A stretch of DNA of 64,000 nt from NCBI RefSeq assembly GCF_006345805.1, contig NC_042998.1, positions 59,582,001 through 59,646,000 on the forward strand, given 5' to 3'. The notes beneath the pieces were generated by a model, which did no database searches, was not told where the DNA came from, and saw only the letters and a list, made by a program, of their open reading frames with translations. The DNA comes from Octopus sinensis (Eukaryota). Shown here in pieces: positions 13,250-26,949 of the stretch. Position 1 is the first letter of the stretch, and each line of letters opens with the position of its first letter. The position numbers were made by a program, and so were the translations under genes.

Positions 13250-13446
13250 ACACAGCCTGAAGTTTTGGGGAAGGAGGCTACTCGATTACATTGAACCCAG
13301 AATTTCATGGTAGCTAAATTACCGACCCCGAAAGGATGAAAGGCAAAATCGACCTTGGCGGAACTTGATCTAGAAACGTAGCAATAGGAGAAATTCCGCT
13401 ACGTGGTTCGCCTGGCGTGCTAACGATTCTGCCAGCTCGCCGCCTT
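13250..13446 (-). mobile_element. SINE family S2
   Basis: Minus strand aaggcggcgagctggcagaatcgttagcacgccagg...gcctttcatcctttcggggtcgg. Confidence 0.85.
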
Positions 13447-14288
13447 GCACAACGCTGGTAATAACAATAACGAAATTACAGTAAGCATAATGATTTTTAA
13501 TATAAACACAATGTCATACATCTTGGAATATATTGCTGAATGATATGCAGATCAGTGCATGGTCTTTACTCAAATTATCAGCTGTGGGCATATCGACTTC
13601 CGTGGGATATGAACTTCAAAATTGTATAACTAAATATCAGAATGATAGCTTCTACGTTCAAAATTTTCATAGCTTTTAACAATATTGATATTAAAATTTG
13701 TTTTTATCTTTTATTTTGACCAAATTCGGAATTATCAATCTGATTTACATAATTCTGACATGTCTATACATACAAAACGTGGACAGAATAGATAAATTAA
13801 CACACAACGCGAAGTGCTTATTGAACAGATCAATAAATGTTATTCAACATTAGTAGACAGGAATGCGTAAGACGCCTATTGACTAGAAGGAATTTTGTAT
13901 CTTTCATTCACCAGGTGCTGACAACCAAAAAAATTTCTTTGAACTGCAGACGCAGTGGTCTTGGCAGCAGAAGCACACTTCGTTCGAGTCCAGTTTCTCC
14001 TCATGAATTGGAGCTAATAGTGTTTCATTGGTTCAATATCATACAAAATACTTGCAAAATTTCGATGGAAGACATTGCTCATTAAAATTGAACTGGGCTT
14101 TAGTCTTGATGAACATCGCCAGCAAATATTACTAGAAACCTCAAATAAAATTCAGATTTTATTGCGATGTTTTTCATAATTTTTCGGCAGGTTGATTTAT
14201 ATTTCCTGTCACTCCCTTGTGTTGTCATCTTTTCTTCGGAGTAAGTACATAATTCAATCAGATTGGCATATTAAGTGCTTCAATTCTT

Positions 14289-14392
14289 CCATGTGGCTAT
14301 GTAGCAAATGACTTCTGCTATAGATTCAGGCCGATTAAAGCCTTCTGAATGGATTTGGTAGACGGAAACTGAAAAGAAGTCAATCGCATGTA
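14289..14392 (+). mobile_element. SINE family S1, 5' fragment
   Basis: cttctgctatag...ggatttggtagacggaaactgaaaagaag matches 60958-61378. Confidence 0.75.
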
Positions 14393-14575
14393 TACATATA
14401 TATACATATATATATACATATATATATACATATATATATACATATATATACACATATATATATACATATATATATATATACATACATATATATATACATA
14501 TATATATATACATATATATATATACATATATATATATACATACATATATATATATACATACATATATATATATAT

Positions 14576-14615
<40 letters not shown>

Positions 14616-14626
14616 ATATAGAAGGA

Positions 14627-14675
14627 GCTTCTACAGGACTAGAACTGTTTCATTCAAGAGAAATCTTCAGGAAGC
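14627..14675 (-). ncRNA. Type I hammerhead motif (family A), minus-strand member of an inverted pair
   Basis: Exact reverse complement of 8374-8422. Confidence 0.75.
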
Positions 14676-14682
14676 ACCTGAA

Positions 14683-14731
14683 GCTTCCTGAAGATTTCTC
14701 TTGAATGAAACAGTTCTAGTCCTGTAGAAGT
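14683..14731 (+). ncRNA. Type I hammerhead motif (family A), plus-strand member of an inverted pair
   Basis: Same motif, last stem I base C>T (G.U wobble); followed by the family A tail to 14817. Confidence 0.75.
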
Positions 14732-14815
14732 TCCTTCTATATAATAAATTAATTTTACTCTGCTATGTATTGAGTACCTTATTTACTGTGGTTAACCCCG
14801 AATCAACCCGGGACC

Positions 14816-14881
<66 letters not shown>

Positions 14882-14891
14882 CATATATATA

Positions 14892-14978
14892 TGAAAAAAC
14901 AAGTCAATATAGAAAATGCTAAAATAATTTTATAAAGAATATTTCAGTACCGGTTTCGGTCATTTTGAGACCTTTTCG
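14892..14978 (-). mobile_element. Penelope terminal-repeat fragment (family B) with a truncated minimal hammerhead-like motif
   Basis: Minus strand TCGAAAA-GGTC TCAAAAT GACC-GAAA-CCGG-TA-CTGAAAT; homologous to 28860-28945 and 30930-31010. Confidence 0.65.
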
Positions 14979-15094
14979 ATAACAAGGAGAAATAAGCCAA
15001 AGGTGCTAGGTTCAGTCATTATACTGGAGCTGGCATCAGTTCCGTCAAGTTCCTGGTGCTTATTCTGGGGTTTTCGAGTAGTATGATATTTTGC

Positions 15095-15510
15095 ATTGTG
15101 TTACTGCAAAAGAGCTCGCTTTTTTTCTTTTAAGTAATGCTGGGTGTTTTGCGGCACAATGGCACACATCTCCAGTGGAGTAGTCATTGGTACCGATGGT
15201 TCGGCCATCTGAAAAGAGCACGTAGTGAATTATTCTCTCATAATTTCATCAGGTGCAAAGCAGCACCTTATCTTCGAAACGCTCATCACTGCTTATGCAC
15301 GTTTCGATTGCGGAAAATATCTCCCTCGGATTATTACATGTTTCGATCCATTGTACAATCCCTGTATTCGCGGTGCTTCATCAACCGAGAGAAGGTGGAA
15401 GCTTCAGTGAATGTGTTCTTCGCCTAGAGGGACATGAACTAGTAGAAAGGTGGCTTTAGATTTAATAACACGATGGCCTATGCTTTTGTTTGTAACTTAA
15501 CAATTAAAGC
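15095..15510 (+). mobile_element. Mariner (DD34D-type) transposase C-terminal relic
   Basis: SPSDYYMFRSIVQSLYSRCFINREKVEASVNVFF...LVERWL resembles the mariner SPDLAPSDYHLF...ERW region. Confidence 0.8.
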
Positions 15511-15559
15511 ATATAAGTTATCAAACGCAATTCAATACTACGACATTAACTGTTTACTT

Positions 15560-16350
15560 TAATGAAGTGTTGCCGAGAAGATATCAAGTATATGCCAGAG
15601 TATCAAAACCAAGTCTTATATTAGATTCGTATTTGCTTCTCTCTATTGTTTCAGTTACCGCCGGAAGATTTTTGCATATTCGCATAGTACGATGTATACA
15701 ATTTGCTGTCCGCATTATATCTGAGAGCGTATTTTCTCATAATAATGAATGGGGATCCAGAAATAATGAAGCCAATTATTTCGTTGTGTCGGTTGAATAA
15801 GTTGCAATCGTCGTTTTCCTCTTGCTTGTTTGCTGAAAGTTTTTATAGTTAGTCACTGTATTTGAATAGCAAGAATCAAATCTGTTTTTGTCTCCAATCT
15901 TGAATGTTTTTAGCCATTGTTAGGCTTTATACTGGCTTATTTTATTTGTGTCTAAACTTGCAGGCTATTGATCTTGTCTTTATGTTTGAGGATTACTATT
16001 GTATTTGCTTTCTTTCTTTTTAGCTAGTTTAACATTCTATCTTTTTTTTTCTGTTTGTTCACGTTTAAGTAATAGTTTTCAATATTCTTCGTTTTAATTT
16101 GTAACTTACTGTTTGCATATAGACTTCATTTGGTTTTCTCCTATATCCTAATCAATCTACAATTTCTATGTGTTAATGTTTCTTTATATACCACACGCAG
16201 ATCCATTGTAATGATTCCTTTGTAATAGTTTTCTATTTGTTTCAAATTTCCTTCCACTCTGTGAGTCTTGCATGCATATTCTGCGTCTATTGGGAAGGTC
16301 TGCAATACAATCAGTTTTCTCCCATTTTTTAATGTGAGTGTGTGTGAGTA
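15560..16350 (-). mobile_element. Highly decayed R4/Dong-type LINE 3' fragment
   Basis: Minus strand KNGRKLIVL (cf. GGRGLIQF), KTDLILAIQ (cf. SEGFILAAQDQ), RHNEI. Confidence 0.55.
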
Positions 16351-16731
16351 TTGATGGACATTCAGGAGTAGTGGTGAGCGCATAGTGTGTGTGGGGGGTA
16401 GCATGTAAATGTAATACTACGTGGGTGGGAAGCCGGGACGGGTATGTGCATTATGGTGGTGTGAGTGAGTATATAGGTGTGCTAGTGCATGTGGGGAAAG
16501 TAAAGGAGAAAGAATATGTGAAGGCAAGGGATATGTATATGAGGTTAATAGTGAGGTGTAAGGGCGATGTAGCCTTCATTTAATTAAGCTATCTGTGGTC
16601 TGATGTGTAACTAAAGGAGTAATCCTCGTTGAATAATTATTACTTCCGAGGATCTGCTAGTTTGGAAACATGTGTATCCTGGATTTTACTTGCTACACTC
16701 CCTCAAATTGGATATATATATATATATATAT

Positions 16732-16790
<59 letters not shown>

Positions 16791-17189
16791 TACAAATATA
16801 TATATATATAGAGAGAGAGAGAGACATATATATATATATAAAGAGAGAGAGGGGTTATGAGAGGTAATGGTGCCAATAAGACCCAAAGGTGTCAGGTAAT
16901 GTTGAATAAGTGCTATGGACAGACCATAGTTAAGCTCCAGGTTCGGTGATTATGCGTATAAAAAGTCAAACGTAGGTCATATATCAGCATGTGTATATAT
17001 ATATTTTTTTTCAGAATGAAATAAAAATCCAAGGGTGTGACGATTTTAAAATATTTATAAATATAAGGTCTTACAGCTGTTTCCGGAATAATTTTATATC
17101 CCTTCATCGGAGCGGTGTGAGAAAATGTTTAAGCAATAGTTAATTTAGATAAGATAAGAAATAGACAGTGAAGTGGAGGAATAAAAATT

Positions 17190-17232
<43 letters not shown>

Positions 17233-17374
17233 CTGTGCATCATAATTAATGATTGTTAATCTCAGTATTTAAGCTACGCATTGTACTACATAAAGGTCAA
17301 CAACTGCCTACTCTGAGTAAAAACTGACAACACGTGCCTGGTATATGTATGTATGTAGGTATGTATGTATGTAT

Positions 17375-17520
17375 GTATATAAAACTGAGAATGTGTGTCT
17401 GTCTGTATGAATCCCTGAAACTTGAGAAATACACAACCAATTTCATTCAAATTTTAGACATGCCCAAGTAGTGTCATGGGCAAAAATCTTCTAACTTCTT
17501 GCCTAGGGCGAGCCCACAAC
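17375..17520 (+). mobile_element. Helitron-type non-autonomous 5' end fragment
   Basis: tatataaaactgagaatgtgtgtctgtctgtatg...caaccaatttcattcaaattt resembles the Helitron 5' ends at 63696 and 49965. Confidence 0.55.
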
Positions 17521-17789
17521 AATATCATATCTTCTCCACTATTTCAGTATTACGTGTTAAAAGTAAAACAAAAACATTTCTCTATTGTAATGTCAGATAC
17601 ATTCACTTTAATACTGAAACTATTAAAGTCAAACTATTATATAAGAAGGATGAACCATTAACAGTGGACATCCATTTTGCTACAAGAAGATCCGCTCTGG
17701 TTTTTAATTCATATTAATCAAATTAATATTCAATTTCTCAAATTAATATTCAATTTCTCAACCTTATTGTTTTAAATTTAATTTTTAAC

Positions 17790-18800
<1,011 letters not shown>

Positions 18801-18809
18801 TGTGTATAT

Positions 18810-18863
<54 letters not shown>

Positions 18864-18944
18864 AGTGTGTGTGTGTGTGTGTATGATACAACCACCAGCG
18901 CGCGCACACTCACACATATATTTATACATGTTTTATATGTGTAC

Positions 18945-20593
18945 ATTCGTATTTATTATATCAAAGACAATGTCTTTATTTGTTCGTGTATTACTTATAC
19001 ATTCGAAAACTGCTGCACCGATCATAGTGAAATTTGGAACACAAAATCGAAGCCCGGGAGAAAGGTAATGCTGTGTGTTTCATACAATTTCTTGGACCAA
19101 ACTTTCTGAATGGATCCTTATGATATTTGAAACTTAGATTCAATGCATAAGGGCGGGTATAATGCAATATATTTGGTTTGAATTTCGGATGGCTTAAAGG
19201 GGCAGAACGCACCATGAAAATACATAAATTTTCGATGTTGATGAAATTTCAACCATGGGTAATTGACACACATCAAGAAGTATTCTCGAAGTTTCCTGTT
19301 CACATGAGGATTCTAAGACATGGGGGCCTTAACTCCCAAATTTTAGTAATTTCTTTTATGATCCAAAACTAAGTCAAAAGTACTGAATGGATCTTTACGA
19401 AATTTGGAAATTATATTCTATGCATAAGGGCCACAACCCCCATGACAATTCATATATTTTTCCTGTTGATGAAATTTTAACCCTAGATATTAAATACAAA
19501 TGAAGTAATATTTATAAAATTTCATCTTCTTTCAAGATAGAAAGACACTCTCATGGGGACTTAACAACCACAATTTTGTCATTTTATCTAATCAAAGACG
19601 AATAGTTGTACTCTTGGAAGCTGTGGGGTCATCCGAGCATAGAAGATGAGCATTATTTGTAATTCAATGGTGAAACAATGTAAGAGTTTGCTTTGACATA
19701 CACTTACATTGTGATTTCTTCAATGTGCTGCATAAATTGTCGAGTAAATGAGAGGCAACTTATCCGCCACGGATTCAGTTGCAAAGTGTTCAGTAAAGTT
19801 ATTTCATTGCAGATCACCTTTCAGTCTTTTTAATATCACTGTATCACACAAAGTCCCCACATGGTAACATTGATTTTAAGGCCTTCCCAAATGTGTGACT
19901 GGTTATTCAAAGACATTTATAGATTGCATATTTATTCCGTCCAGTTACGTATCAGTATAGTGGTCATTTGCAAACTCGAACTTTCATTTCTCCTTAGCCC
20001 TCACATAGTTGTTAATGTTTATTTCAGTTGGGTCACGCCCTTCCAATTGCTATAGATTTGTAATGCATCTTACGGCTGTGCCTGTCACCTGGATGATGAG
20101 GAATGCTACATTGGGAGTGGTAACGTCTAGGGTACTGAAACTGACTGCTTATTGTGATCATTCGTCTTTTGGTTTCCTGTAGCTTTGCTCTACCCAGTGA
20201 ACATATATTTCCTATTTCAAAGAAATTCAAACAATAGATATAAGGCCCAAGTAAAAAAGATTCTCAACAATTCAAATTCTCTGGTTGACATTAAGATGCC
20301 CACCCCTAATAGGGTCGTTAACTCTCACATTTTAGAGCTCCATAACCTCTGTTTTTCAGGAGCAAAATCCTTTTAACAGGTGCTATAAGACTGGAATTTT
20401 GGAATATGCGCATAAAAATAAGCAGTATGGGATATATGTGGCACGATTACAATTTTTGGGAGGTGTGTAAAGAGGGAAATAACCCTCATCTGCAATTTTG
20501 ATGATATTCGAAACATATATTCCAGTTCATTAGAGAAAATATAACAGAAAAGTCTAATCCTTCAATTGTATGCAACGCCAGGTATCTCTGCTA
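18945..20593 (+). mobile_element. Probable non-autonomous Helitron-type element with unidentified internal cargo
   Basis: 5' ctgcaccgatcatagtgaaatttgg and internal repeats gaatggatc.ttac..aatttg; 3' caacgccaggtatctctgctaat resembles the CTAG end at 52470-52496. Confidence 0.5.
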
Positions 20594-20654
<61 letters not shown>

Positions 20655-20689
20655 ATACTTATTTTAAGCAGCAGAAAATTCAACAGAAT

Positions 20690-20727
20690 CTGTTACTCTG
20701 AGTTTCTCGTTGCCGTTCATCAGACAG
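20690..20727 (-). ncRNA. Minimal type I hammerhead motif (family C) with intact core
   Basis: Minus strand CTGT-CTGATGA-A CG GCAA CG A-GAAA-CTC A GAG-TA-ACAG: stem I CTGT/ACAG, GNRA-capped stem II, near-palindromic stem III, GUA triplet. Confidence 0.75.
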
Positions 20728-20746
20728 TATTTGCTAGAATATATAT

Positions 20747-20842
<96 letters not shown>

Positions 20843-20931
20843 AGAGCTTACGAAAAAAAAAAAAAAGACGGAGACAGGTGATGTACAAAACAAACAGATG
20901 TATTTGTATAACGCTCAGGAATAGAAAAAGT

Positions 20932-20967
20932 CTTTTACGTTTCGAGCCTACGCTCTTCTACAGAAAG
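20932..20967 (-). ncRNA. Minimal hammerhead-like motif (family D) with A6>U core change
   Basis: Minus strand CTTT-CTGTAGA-A GAGC GTAG GCTC-GAAA-CG-TA-AAAG; palindromic ACGT stem III. Confidence 0.6.
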
Positions 20968-20991
20968 GGACACAGAAAAAACATATATATA

Positions 20992-21267
20992 TCACCGTTA
21001 TGACCGTGACCAACCAGGCTATCAGATGTTGCTCCACATCGCTGGTCACAATGTGCTTCGCATTGTTTTAGCCTTCAAATGACGCAACCCCGCTGGCTAA
21101 GCGAGCAGGCCAACAGAAGAAAGAATGAGAAAAAGTGGTGGCGAAAGAGTACGGCAGGGATCACCACTACCACCTGCCAGAGCCTCGTGGAGCTTTAGAT
21201 GTTTCCGCTCAATAAACACTCACAACGCCCGGTCTGAGAAACGAAACCACTGGGCCATTGCGCCTCC
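20992..21267 (-). mobile_element. tRNA-derived SINE, family S3, head internally deleted
   Basis: Minus strand ggaggcgcaatggcccagtggtt...ttcgtttctcagaccgggcgttgtgagtgtttattgagcgg. Confidence 0.75.
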
Positions 21268-21369
21268 ATATATATATATATATATTTATATATATGTATG
21301 TATGTATGTGTGTGTGTATGTGTGTGTGTGTTTGTGTATGTGTGTGTATGTGTGTGTGCGTGTGTGTGC

Positions 21370-21744
21370 TTGTGAATGTATAGCTCGACTCTGTCGGTTA
21401 CGAATAACCATGGGTACTCCTAAGAGTTTCCCCTCCGGGGTAAGTGTCTGGGTGGAAAGTCGCCTCTCCTGCGACCGCACAACCTAGAGTTGTTTTATGG
21501 AAGACCAGCAGTCGCACATGGATACCAACCTCCCCTCTCCACGCCACCGTGGATAATATAGGCATTATATTATCCAAGGGAAAGGCAAAAGCTGATAGAG
21601 TTTGGCACCAGTGACGTCGCAACTTAAAATAAAGTGTTTTGTCCAAGAACACAAAAGGCAACCAGTTCCGAGAATCGAACTCACAACCTTACGATCGTAA
21701 ACTCGACGGTCTAACCACTGATCTACTGAGCTATGCTTCATCCA
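21370..21744 (-). mobile_element. tRNA-derived SINE, family S4, with CORE-like segment and RTE-like tail
   Basis: Minus strand tagctcagt...gtggttaga A box, gagttcgattc B box, gtgttcttggacaaaacact, tail cccatggttattcgtaaccgacagagtc. Confidence 0.75.
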
Positions 21745-21761
21745 CACACACACATATATCA

Positions 21762-21808
21762 TCATCATCATCATCATCGTCATCATTTAACGTCCGCTTT
21801 CCATGCTC
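21762..21808 (-). mobile_element. Ultra-short 3' tail of an RTE-type retroposon (ggaaagcggacgttaaatgatga...)
   Basis: Reverse complement of the tail at 37790-37838. Confidence 0.65.
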
Positions 21809-22234
21809 TCTTTATCTCTTTCTGTGTGTGTGTATATATATATATAAGTGTGTGTGTATATATATATGTATGTGTGTATGTATGAATATTTAATAAAAGC
21901 AGAGTCACTGAAACAGTAAAATCAAAAGAGCTATATTTCTTTTATTATAGAAAAGATTATTCAGAATGTAGCTTCAAGTAAAAACTTTTCTCATACAATA
22001 TGAAAATGGTTTTGTCGTATTGTTTCATCAACTGCATATAGGAAGTTATTTGAAAAACTGTGCCATGTTAGAGCCAGGAGAAGAGATTGTTTTATACAGA
22101 AAAAATATATCCGTCGCACTGTTATTGTCGATTAAATATTGACAAGCACTCAAGCATAAGAATATATAAATACGTAGAGATAATTCAAACACACACACAT
22201 ACTCACATACACACACAAACAAACACACACACAC

Positions 22235-23346
22235 ACACACACATATATAAAGACATAACAGAAGTAAATAGATACACCATAAAACATCGTTTTATGTTTA
22301 TTTTAACTTGAAAAGATTTATATCTTTTATTAATTAACATTTTTGTTTCAGTTTCTATATGTGACTGTTTAGTCATGTCGCATACAAAAGAAATCTTGCA
22401 ACTGTCCAAATTTCAAAGAGGCTGTATTATGGGTCAATCTGAAGGTGGACTTAGTCAACGTAAAATCGCAGAAAACCTTAGGATCCCACTTTCTACAGTG
22501 AATAGAGTGAATGTACAATTCACCAGAAAAGGGAAGAAGTCCACATCATCTTCCCCGGGTGAACGACCAGGACACCTATCCCCAGGTCCCTGACAACATC
22601 CTTCGCTTTGAAAACGGAAGTGTGGAGGACAATCCTCATTCCAGGGCCTCTGACATAGTAGAACAAGATGATGTCAGTCCCAGAACAGCTGCCAGGTATC
22701 TTCACAAACTTGGCTACTATGGCAGAGCAGGAAGAAGGAAGCCACTTCTTCGACTAGCCAATATCAGGTGGAGAAAAGATTGAGCCAGTAAGATAGTGGA
22801 GCGGCCACTAGCATTTTGGGACACTGTCATATTCTCTGATGGGTCCAGATTTGCTGCATTGTTTTTCTTGATAGTGGTCAAGTGCAAGTCCGAAGACTGT
22901 GATTTAGAATTTGACATGACAAGATTGCAGCCAACAATGAAACACAGCAACTATTCTGTGATGGTCTAGGGTGCAATTTGGAACAACGGTATATCAGAGC
23001 TGAGGGAGTATGAGGGCAACATAAACTCAGATGACTATGTGTCCATATTGCAGAAAGCACTCCTGTCAATATTGCACAGTGGTAAAATGACTAAGAGGAC
23101 AAATTATTTATGGAATATGGGCTCCTTGCCACTCAGCTACAAAGGCCAAAGATTAGTTGGAAGAGAATGGCATTAAAAAAGTTCGATGGTCAAGCCTATC
23201 ACCAGATATGGACCCTATTGAACACCTCGGACATGATAGAGAAGACACTTCGTAAAGAGAGCAGGAAAGCATTCTCAGAGACAAATCTTTTTAGAATATT
23301 GCATCAAACTTGACGAGAAATTCCTAAAGAAAATATTCGTCATCTG
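22235..23346 (+). pseudogene. Tc1-like transposase pseudogene running into the assembly gap
   Basis: [20 protein letters not shown]...[16 protein letters not shown] (paired-like HTH), GYYGRAGRRKPLL, VIFSDGSRF, SPDMDPIEH; several stops and frameshifts. Confidence 0.9.
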
Positions 23347-23446
23347 NNNNNNNNNNNNNNNNNNNNNNNNNNNNNNNNNNNNNNNNNNNNNNNNNNNNNN
23401 NNNNNNNNNNNNNNNNNNNNNNNNNNNNNNNNNNNNNNNNNNNNNN
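23347..23446. other. Assembly gap (100 N)
   Basis: Run of n. Confidence 1.
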
Positions 23447-23690
23447 GGAATTATTCAATCCTCAAAGAATCCCTCTCAATCCATGGCTATAATACTACTC
23501 AGAGATGCACATATCTTCAGCTATTATGGGACATGTTCAACTGGTTATGGTCAACAAAGTGACAAGCAAATCTGCGGTATTCAGCAGAATATTTACTGTA
23601 GCCCACCTTTTTCCTCAAAACAAAACATATAAATGATAACACTTCCAAACAGTTAGGATCAGAAGCTTATGAGATCCACTGCCTGGTAAA
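23447..23690. mobile_element. Diverged partial copy of the ~550-bp repeat
   Basis: gaattattcaatcctcaaagaatccctctcaa...aggatcagaagc...ccactgcctggta matches 2350-2620. Confidence 0.85.
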
Positions 23691-23989
23691 TTTTTACAGT
23701 GTCATCTGTTACAATTCCCTGTTCCTGAATTCCTGAAATGTGCGCAGCATCATGTGTACTTGCTTTTTCTTGTGTTGGCGGAGTACACAACTTTACTGTT
23801 ACCGTATTCCATTAGTTTCTTTTACTACCGGGCTTTCTTGGAGTTCTTTTATTAGTATTTGTGTTGTGTGCTATGTGCTATACGAGTTGTATTATTCTGT
23901 TCGATATCCATCCTGTAGCGTACATTTTGTGCTTGGGTTATTTTATCATATGTTTATTGTACAAAGTCTGTCTCGTGGTAGTGAATTGT

Positions 23990-25480
23990 TTTATTTGTGT
24001 TGTGTTTTGTTTTTTCTTTAATTGATTGTGTCTTGCATGCAAACATTGCTGTCCCTAGATGGGCTATTTTGAGGATAAAACCCAATGCTGTGGGCCCAGG
24101 TATGGCCGCAAGTGTTTTGTTCACACGTTTGTTTTCTTACCATACGCAATGCACAAGTTGTTATTAGTATCTTAATGCACCATATCTTGAATATTTCAGT
24201 TTCAAGATCTTTCTATTTCGACAGTTTCTTCACTTATATTTGGGCAATATCTTAGACAGAAATGACTACCACTCCCATCCGAAAGGATGTGGGTTTTTTT
24301 CTGTCCTTGGTTGTTACATCTGGGTGATTCGCTTTGATTTCTTCGTCGGATTGTGTAGGCACCGTCATAGATGACTGTAGCTCATCTTTGTCATATAACT
24401 TGTTTGGCATATGTTTTTACTATTCCTTTACATTATTTAGATTTAGCATATAGCCTAGTGGATATAGCTACCAACTCGTCATGTCTGTATAGATATTCAG
24501 ATTTGGTTAACATGGGGCAGCCAGAGATGATATTGTCAACTGGCTAATTGTGCTTCTTGCACATTTTTTATTTAGTGTTTGGGCCTGCTATCGTTATTTT
24601 GCTTTTATAGTTGTTTGTGGTCAGGCATTCGACTTGTGCAACGAGAATCAGTCCTTCTGTTTCTGATTTTATTTCAGAGCTTTTGAGCCATTGTTGGCTT
24701 TCACTTACGTTCAGTTCTTCGCTATCAAGCCTTGGTCATGCAGTGATCTTTCTCGTCATTTCGACTTTAGTGTTTTGTTGTTCTGTTTTTGTGTTGTTTT
24801 TTTTTTTAAATCTCTTAATCATTTCTGCTGTGTTTCAGTGTTTCTGTGTTTCAGTGTAGTTTGTTTCTGTTTTGTAGTTTATCGCCTCCTTGTGTATAGA
24901 GAAAAGCGTTTTTATTTCTTTGCGTTGCTTCATTACATGAAGTAGTCACCTAGTTTCTTTGATATTTTTAGTCCAACTGCTGTAATTCTATAATTGTTTT
25001 CTATCTGTGTCAGACCACCTAATCCTGAGCGCAGAGGTATATTCTGTCTGTGTCTGGTTTTGAGGGGGTGACTTCGGTATGCTGTAAATAGTTTTCTGGT
25101 TTTTTCTACGTTCCTCAATTCAAAATTCTTCAAGTGTGTTATATTGAAGTTGTAATTTACGACTGATTTGTTTATCATATTAATCCAGATTTTCTAATTT
25201 TTAGCATTGTCTTTAAAATTAGTTTAACTCTTCTCTAATAATCGTACTTAACTTTCTCTTTCATTTCTAAGTATTGTATTTTGTCTATTCCTAGCTATGT
25301 GTATGGGCGGTTCTCGTCTAATTCCTTGATTTCTTTATCCATATCGAGTGCAGTGTTTTCAGCGCTGATTAATTTGCTGCTGCGTCATACATTTTAACAG
25401 ATCTGTACAATGCCAATCTCATCCTCATGCCTTTCTTTGCTGAAACCATGGACAATTTTTTAGGTTTTCTTCTTCAGTGA
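23990..25480 (-). mobile_element. Decayed R4/Dong-type LINE 3' half
   Basis: Minus strand NIPLRSGLGGLTQIENNYRITAVGL (cf. LYLPRAQGGRGLIQFELAYKTTTIGL) and EEIKANHPDVTTKDRK (cf. RTIKANKPDIVVKDQ). Confidence 0.75.
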
Positions 25481-25486
25481 TGTTCT

Positions 25487-25510
25487 TAGTAACTACAATT
25501 ACTACTACTG

Positions 25511-25584
<74 letters not shown>

Positions 25585-25585
25585 G

Positions 25586-25617
<32 letters not shown>

Positions 25618-25637
25618 GCGACAACTACTACTACTAT
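25487..25637. repeat. (ACT)n microsatellite
   Basis: Direct reading. Confidence 0.95.
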
Positions 25638-25897
25638 ATGGACTTATGTCAGATTGTGGAATAATTATTATGAATAATGAATTAAGGTAGTTACAAGAAT
25701 CGTTACCTTATTAGTTTTGTTACGACCTCTTCTGGTATATGCTCAATTTCCGACAAGTTGAACGCTCCCTTTTATCATCTATTTTCGATAAAATAAAGAA
25801 CCGTGACCGACTAAGTTGACTCATTTCTACTTCCAAAGATTAGGCCCTCTGGCTAGCTTAGAATGAGTCTCATCCTAACTATCTCCCTGCAATATAC

Positions 25898-25930
<33 letters not shown>

Positions 25931-26113
25931 GTATATGTATATATATATATATAATATATATGTATATATATAATACATATGTATAATTAATATATATATA
26001 TATTATATACATATAAATATATATATATAATATAAATATATATATATATATATTATATATATATAATATATATGTATATATAATATATATGTATATAAAA
26101 TATATATATATAT

Positions 26114-26169
<56 letters not shown>

Positions 26170-26262
26170 CGATGGCCTTCAACTCGTGACCGAGGGAGAT
26201 ATATACACGCATACACACACCTACTTAATTCACTCAGAGATATCGTTCAACTGTATTGGGTA

Positions 26263-26293
<31 letters not shown>

Positions 26294-26497
26294 ATGTGTC
26301 TATCTCTGTGCTCGTGTGGTGGGAGTGTGATTTATTTTATTGAACAGAAGAGCCTCCAGCTACACTAACTTATAATCGACAATAACTGTGTCACGAATAT
26401 TACCATCACAAAGTTATTGTCGATTATGTTTATAGCAACGGAGCTGGAGGACATCGAGTATAATAGTGTACATATAAAGTCATTCACAAAAACACAT

Positions 26498-26556
<59 letters not shown>

Positions 26557-26613
26557 GTCGGCATTCACTTACATATATATATTAATATAAATATATACAC
26601 ACATACACATATA

Positions 26614-26662
<49 letters not shown>

Positions 26663-26949
26663 AGTGTATACACGTATATGTATACATATGTATAGGGAGT
26701 AGGTGTGTGTATGTATGTATGTGTGTGTGTGTATTAAGTTAGTGCAGTTACAATTACGTTTTGTGTATTTTGAATTTTTCTTTATATTTATGTATATACT
26801 ATATACTTAGCTTTGTTCTTATAATATACTTTTGCTGAAACTTAGATATCTTGTCTATTGATTCATGCTAGTATTTTTCCTTTCTGTGTTGATTCCTCTT
26901 TGAAATCATTTATTAATCACAACCAAGAAAAGTAACCCAGGATATCGAA

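Noticed and set aside
12130-14280. Non-repetitive-looking stretches with short ORFs
   Set aside because: No motif I can assign in six frames; probably old TE debris.
23330-23460. Apparent Tc1 to 550-bp element junction
   Set aside because: Separated by a 100-N scaffold gap; adjacency is not evidence.
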